Origin: Flavobacteriales bacterium
Lineage (GTDB): Bacteria > Bacteroidota > Bacteroidia > Flavobacteriales > TMED113
Reading direction: 5' to 3'
DNA length: 64,000 nucleotides
Assembly (NCBI GenBank): GCA_002701365.1
Contig: NZUK01000002.1
Location: 46,195 to 110,194 of the forward strand
Under the pieces are notes generated by a model. The model saw only the letters and a program-made list of their open reading frames with translations, had not been told where the DNA came from and searched no databases. Each line of letters starts with the position of its first letter. Position 1 is the first letter of the stretch. The position numbers were made by a program, and so were the translations under genes. Positions 59,988 to 64,000 of the stretch are shown piece after piece.

Positions 59988-60035
59988 AAGACAAAAATAT
60001 ATAATAAACACAAATCAGAGATAATATGATTTAAT

Positions 60036-60043
60036 TATATTTG
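60036..60043 (+). promoter_or_regulatory. Candidate -7 box (TAnnTTTG) for gltX
   Basis: TATATTTG ends 16 nt upstream of the gltX ATG (60060), in the divergent spacer. Confidence 0.45.
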
Positions 60044-60059
60044 TTTAGCATTTAAATTT

Positions 60060-61592
60060 ATGGATACAAAAGAAAAACTAGTTAGAGTCCGGTTTGCCCC
60101 TAGCCCCACGGGCCCACTACATATAGGGGGTGTTCGCACAGCGCTGTATAACTTTTTGTTTGCACGCAAATTTAATGGCAAATTTATTTTGCGCATTGAA
60201 GACACGGATCAAAAACGATTTGTTTTAGGGGCAGAGAAATATATTATTGAGTCATTAAGGTGGTGTGGTTTAACTCCTGATGAGGGCCCTTCAATAGGTG
60301 GAGAATATGGACCGTATAGGCAGTCGGAACGAAAATCTATGTATGAGTCTTTTGTTCAGCAATTGTTAGAAAGCAAACATGCTTATTATGCTTTTGATAC
60401 TCCTGAGGAGTTAGAGCAAATGAGAAATAGCATGAAGGCTTCAGGTGTTCCCTCTCCCACCTACAATAGCATTACTCGATCAAGCATGAAAAATTCTCTC
60501 ACTCTTCCCGCAGACGAAACAAAGACACGTATTGCTTCGGGTGAAAAATATGTGGTTAGAATAAAAATGCCTCGAAATCAGGAAATTAAATTTGAAGATG
60601 AAATAAGAGGTTGGGTTAGTGTTAACTCTAGTAATGTTGACGACAAAGTAATCTTTAAATCAGATGGGATGCCGACGTATCATCTTGCGAATGTTGTTGA
60701 TGATTATTCCATGAAGATTAGTCACGTAATTAGGGGGGAGGAATGGTTGCCCTCAGCACCTCTTCATATTTATTTATATGAATGTTTTGGCTGGCAAGAT
60801 AAGGCACCAATTTTTGCACACTTGCCGTTAATACTAAAGCCAGAGGGTAATGGCAAGCTAAGCAAGCGGGACGGTGACCGACTAGGATTCCCCGTCTTCC
60901 CTATTGAATGGATAAACTCAGAAAACAAAGATATTTTTTCTGGATATAGAGAACAGGGGTTTTTAAAAGAGGCCTTCGTTAATATGTTAGCTTTTTTAGG
61001 TTGGAACCCAGGCACGGACCAAGAGGTTTTTGATCTACTGGGCTTAGTGAATGCTTTCTCGCTGGGACGTGTTGGTAAATCAGGAGCAAAGTATGATTTT
61101 TTAAAAACAAAATGGTTCAATCAACAACATTTGCGGCTAAAAACTAATCAAGAGATATTTGATAATATTATAAAGATTGATGACCAAATATTAAGTTCCT
61201 ATACAAAGGACTATATTTTAAGTGTAATTGATCTTGTAAAAGAACGGGCAATTTTTTATAAAGATATATTGATTGAAGGGCGGCCGTTTCTTCAGGATGA
61301 AGTTTTTTTTAATGAAAAGGCTGTTTCTAAGAAGTGGGACGTAGAACTTGTGCCAGTTCTTGCAGAATTATGTAAACAACTTTTGACGATTGATAACTTT
61401 AAAAAAGATCAAGTTGAAAAAAAATTTCATGCCTTTATTACAGCTCAGGGAGTTGGTTTAGGTAAAATTATGCCAATGTTGCGAATAGCTATAACAGGGA
61501 ACTTGTCTGGTCCATCCATGTTTGATTCTTTAGAGCTAATTGGAAGAGAGAAAATGGAACAAAGAATAAATTATGCTATCAACAATATGTGA
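60060..61592 (+). CDS. gltX: Glutamyl-tRNA synthetase
   Basis: HIGH motif (PLHIGGVRTA) and KMSKS motif (KLSKRDG), plus conserved GluRS blocks. Confidence 0.95.
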   Translation: MDTKEKLVRVRFAPSPTGPLHIGGVRTALYNFLFARKFNGKFILRIEDTDQKRFVLGAEKYIIESLRWCGLTPDEGPSIGGEYGPYRQSERKSMYESFVQQLLESKHAYYAFDTPEELEQMRNSMKASGVPSPTYNSITRSSMKNSLTLPADETKTRIASGEKYVVRIKMPRNQEIKFEDEIRGWVSVNSSNVDDKVIFKSDGMPTYHLANVVDDYSMKISHVIRGEEWLPSAPLHIYLYECFGWQDKAPIFAHLPLILKPEGNGKLSKRDGDRLGFPVFPIEWINSENKDIFSGYREQGFLKEAFVNMLAFLGWNPGTDQEVFDLLGLVNAFSLGRVGKSGAKYDFLKTKWFNQQHLRLKTNQEIFDNIIKIDDQILSSYTKDYILSVIDLVKERAIFYKDILIEGRPFLQDEVFFNEKAVSKKWDVELVPVLAELCKQLLTIDNFKKDQVEKKFHAFITAQGVGLGKIMPMLRIAITGNLSGPSMFDSLELIGREKMEQRINYAINNM

Positions 61593-61593
61593 C

Positions 61594-61950
61594 ATGGGAA
61601 AAATTTTAGTAAAAGACATAATTATATATGCTTATCACGGATGTTATAAAGAAGAGCGGCAAATAGGCTCCGATTATAGGGTAGATGTTTGGGTAGATGG
61701 AAATTTTTCTAATGCAGAAAAAAGCGATGACCTTCATGACACGGTCGATTATGTTAGAATTTCTGATATAGTATCGGAAGAAATGTTAATTCCCTCTAAA
61801 CTTATTGAACATGTTGCAGAGAGAATTCTGTCCAAAATATTGTCAGAGTTTTCAGAGGTTCAAGCGACGGGAATTATGGTTAAAAAAATGAACCCACCAA
61901 TGAATACTTACGCTGAATCTGTACAGTATCATTTGCAAAAAAATCGTTAA
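61594..61950 (+). CDS. folB: Dihydroneopterin aldolase
   Basis: IIIYAYHGCYKEERQIGSDYRVDV and DTVDY motifs. I prefer ATG 61594, which starts 1 nt after the gltX stop, over the overlapping listed start 61573. Confidence 0.8.
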   Translation: MGKILVKDIIIYAYHGCYKEERQIGSDYRVDVWVDGNFSNAEKSDDLHDTVDYVRISDIVSEEMLIPSKLIEHVAERILSKILSEFSEVQATGIMVKKMNPPMNTYAESVQYHLQKNR

Positions 61951-61988
61951 GAAAACCCCAGTAACATTTTCTTTTCAGAACTTTTTAT

Positions 61989-61996
61989 TATGTTTG
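61989..61996 (+). promoter_or_regulatory. Candidate -7 box (TAnnTTTG) for tRNA-Cys
   Basis: TATGTTTG ends 13 nt upstream of tRNA position 1. Confidence 0.45.
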
Positions 61997-62009
61997 CAGT
62001 CTTAAACTA

Positions 62010-62080
62010 GGTCGGATGGCCGAGTGGCTAGGCAGTGGTCTGCAAAACCATCTACACCGGTTCGAATCCGGTTCCGACCT
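62010..62080 (+). tRNA. tRNA-Cys (anticodon GCA)
   Basis: Folded by hand. Perfect 7-bp acceptor GGTCGGA/TCCGACC, anticodon arm GTGGT-CTGCAAA-ACCAT, 4-nt variable loop and T arm ACCGG-TTCGAAT-CCGGT. The discriminator is T, the Cys identity element. 71 nt. Confidence 0.9.
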
Positions 62081-62339
62081 CAATTTTGGCATTTAAAGGG
62101 CCCTAAACCAGAACAATCGTTCCAGAAAAGTTATTAACAAAAAATTAACAATTTACATTGTTTTTTAATTAAAAATTCCTAAATTGAAGGCGTAGGATTA
62201 CCCCCATTTGTGTTCGTTCTCCTGCCATTTTGTTAATTAATTAGTTGGTTTTCAGACAATTGTCTTTATTGACCAGGTTTTATTTTTTAAAAAAAATATG
62301 AGAAATAATATACCCCAAAATATTAAAAATTTAGTAGCT

Positions 62340-64000
62340 ATGAAAAAAAATTTACTTTTCAAGAGAAGATTTTTCTCTCTTTTGCTGAGTCTATGCTTTT
62401 CCTTTGGATTTGCTCAGGACTTTGATTATACGATTACTGACGCTAACATGACAGTTCAGGTTGGTGCGGACGTGTGTGGTTTAGTTATGGAAACAGGAGA
62501 TCTTCTTGGAGCCTTTTATATTAATAGTGATGGTGATCTTGCCAACGCTGGTTATCTTCCATTTGAAGGAGATCAACTTGCAATTGCAGTATGGGCATCA
62601 GAATCAGGTCTTGGCAATGGTTTTGCTGCAGGTGATGATATTCAGTGGGCGATGTATGATCAGTCTTCAGGAGAAACAATACTTTTAGATTCCGAGATGA
62701 ATTCGGATCCTCCATTTTCAGCAACGTTTGTTGGCAATGGTTTTGGGCAGGTTCTGTCTCTTTCGGTTTCTACTGGAGATGATTGTGCTGATGACGATGC
62801 GGCTGTTTCTGCCTTTGGTGGTTGTGCAGGCGCTGTTGCAGCTCTTGGTTGTGATTTTGTTTTTGGAGGTGTGCCAATTGGAGAGTCTTGTCCAGTATCT
62901 TGTGATAGCTGTCCTTCTGACTGTGCCGATGATGATGCGGCTGTTTCTGCCTTTGGTGGTTGTGCAGGCGCTGTTGTAGCTCTTGGTTGTGACTTTGTTT
63001 TTGGAGGCGTGCCAATCGGAGATTCTTGTCCAGTAACTTGCGACAGTTGTGGTGGCGATTCAGAGCCTATTCTTGGCTGTACAAATGAGGATGCTGCTAA
63101 CTACGACGCTTCTGCTACAGACGATGACGGTTCTTGTATAGTGTTAGGCTGTACAGATAACTCGGCAGTCAATTACAATGCTGATGCAACAATTGATGAT
63201 GGCTCATGTGTAGTATTCGGATGTGCAGATTCTGCTGCAACTAATTATAATTCTGCTGCAACAATTGATGATGGTTCTTGTGAATATGCGCCAGCGGAAC
63301 CAGGACCTATGGATTACACAATCACTGACGCTAATATGACAGTTCAAGTTAGTGCTAATGTTGTATTTATGAACGGAGACACTCCAGCACCAATGGGGTC
63401 GTTGTTAGGAGCATATTATACAAATGATTCAGGCGAACTTGTTAATGCTGGCTATGAAGTTTTAGATGGTGATGATCAATATGCAATTGCAGTATGGGCG
63501 TCAGAATCAGGACTTGATAATGGTTTTGCCGCTGGCGAAGAAATTACTTGGGTGCTTCAAATAGGAAATGATTTATTTGTTGCTGATGCAGTAACAATGA
63601 ATTCTAGTCCCCCGTTTTCAGCAACATTCGTTGCAAATGGATTTGGGCAAATTCTTGATGCACAGTTTTCAGGAGAATTTACTGCAGACACACCAGGTTG
63701 TACAGATGACACAGCATGTAACTACGACGCTTCAGCTACTAGCGACGACGGTTCTTGTACTTATGCTTTATCTGGTTTAGATTGTAACGGAGACTGTTTA
63801 ACAGATGCCGATGGGGATGGCATTTGCGATGACGATGAAATTTTAGGCTGTACAGATGATACAGCATGTAACTATGATTCTTCAGCTACTGATGATGATG
63901 GTTCTTGTGAGGGTGCAACAACTGGCTATGACTGTAACAATAACTGTTTAACAGATACTGATGGAGATGGTATTTGTGATGAATTTGAAACAGCGGGTTG
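62340..64000 (+). CDS. Large modular secreted protein, N-terminal part (continues past the window; not in the ORF track)
   Basis: I translated the frame codon by codon from ATG 62340 (MKKNLLFKRRFFSLLLSLCFSFGFAQD signal) to nt 64000 and found no stop. An in-frame ATG at 62298 is an alternative start. Cys/Asp/Gly-rich repeat architecture. Confidence 0.85.
   Translation, partial: MKKNLLFKRRFFSLLLSLCFSFGFAQDFDYTITDANMTVQVGADVCGLVMETGDLLGAFYINSDGDLANAGYLPFEGDQLAIAVWASESGLGNGFAAGDDIQWAMYDQSSGETILLDSEMNSDPPFSATFVGNGFGQVLSLSVSTGDDCADDDAAVSAFGGCAGAVAALGCDFVFGGVPIGESCPVSCDSCPSDCADDDAAVSAFGGCAGAVVALGCDFVFGGVPIGDSCPVTCDSCGGDSEPILGCTNEDAANYDASATDDDGSCIVLGCTDNSAVNYNADATIDDGSCVVFGCADSAATNYNSAATIDDGSCEYAPAEPGPMDYTITDANMTVQVSANVVFMNGDTPAPMGSLLGAYYTNDSGELVNAGYEVLDGDDQYAIAVWASESGLDNGFAAGEEITWVLQIGNDLFVADAVTMNSSPPFSATFVANGFGQILDAQFSGEFTADTPGCTDDTACNYDASATSDDGSCTYALSGLDCNGDCLTDADGDGICDDDEILGCTDDTACNYDSSATDDDGSCEGATTGYDCNNNCLTDTDGDGICDEFETAG
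62781..63056 (+). repeat. Tandem duplication of a 138-nt (46-aa) six-cysteine module
   Basis: Copies lie at 62781..62918 and 62919..63056. By hand alignment there are 12 differences in the first 132 nt (9 synonymous) and 5 in the last 6 nt. Confidence 0.9.
63696..63995 (+). repeat. Tandem 150-nt (50-aa) higher-order repeat (Cys cassette + TSP3-like Asp-rich loop)
   Basis: Unit 63696..63845 (GCTDDTACNYDASATSDDGSC..DCNGDCLTDADGDGICDDDE) and unit 63846..63995 (GCTDDTACNYDSSATDDDGSC..DCNNNCLTDTDGDGICDEFE). The array probably continues beyond the window. Confidence 0.85.

Noticed and set aside
62506-63015. Short ORFs on both strands listed in the track (62506..62688, 62521..62724, 62728..62979, 62770..63015), some with internally repeated peptides.
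   Set aside because: They are off-frame or antisense shadows of the long open frame starting at 62340. Their internal repeats simply reflect the 138-nt tandem duplication of the real coding frame.
62781-63056. The tandem direct repeats could have been a CRISPR-like or minisatellite array.
   Set aside because: There are only two copies with no spacers. They are in frame within a continuous ORF and their divergence is biased to synonymous sites, so they are a coding-domain duplication.

Overview
This is a gene-dense 64-kb chromosomal segment from a low-GC Bacteroidota genome, most likely a Flavobacteriia-type organism. The taxonomic call rests on T9SS C-terminal sorting domains, SprE/PorW-like and PorZ-like genes, TAnnTTTG -7 promoter boxes, an atpBEFHAG operon without atpDC, and the ileS-dksA-lspA order. 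I call 51 protein-coding genes. One is truncated at nt 1. One runs off the 3' edge and is absent from the supplied ORF track. There are 2 tRNAs (Arg-TCG, Cys-GCA). I recognised no rRNA, CRISPR array, transposase, integrase, phage gene or known defence system. Most genes are housekeeping (four aminoacyl-tRNA synthetases, gatA, ATP synthase, dxr, rseP, mnmG, ybeY, recO, uvrC, asd and others). They are packed with tiny or overlapping junctions. Three parts look non-ordinary. (1) A ~5-kb AT-extreme trough (about 4.9-9.9 kb) engulfs the core genes asd and uvrC, plus an Asn-saturated parallel-beta-helix lipoprotein gene at roughly 10% G+C. It also includes a 301-nt nearly pure A/T spacer. (2) Next to tRNA-Arg sit a secreted MORN-repeat protein and a lamin-tail/CotH kinase-like T9SS cargo protein. 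(3) Next to tRNA-Cys starts a large modular secreted protein built from nested repeats. These include two ShK-like six-cysteine modules, a duplicated module of about 120 aa from an unrecognised family, a 21-aa Cys-bracketed cassette also found in the CotH gene, and TSP3-like Ca-binding repeats. All functional calls come from motifs read by eye. None of the unusual items can be shown to be novel without database searches.
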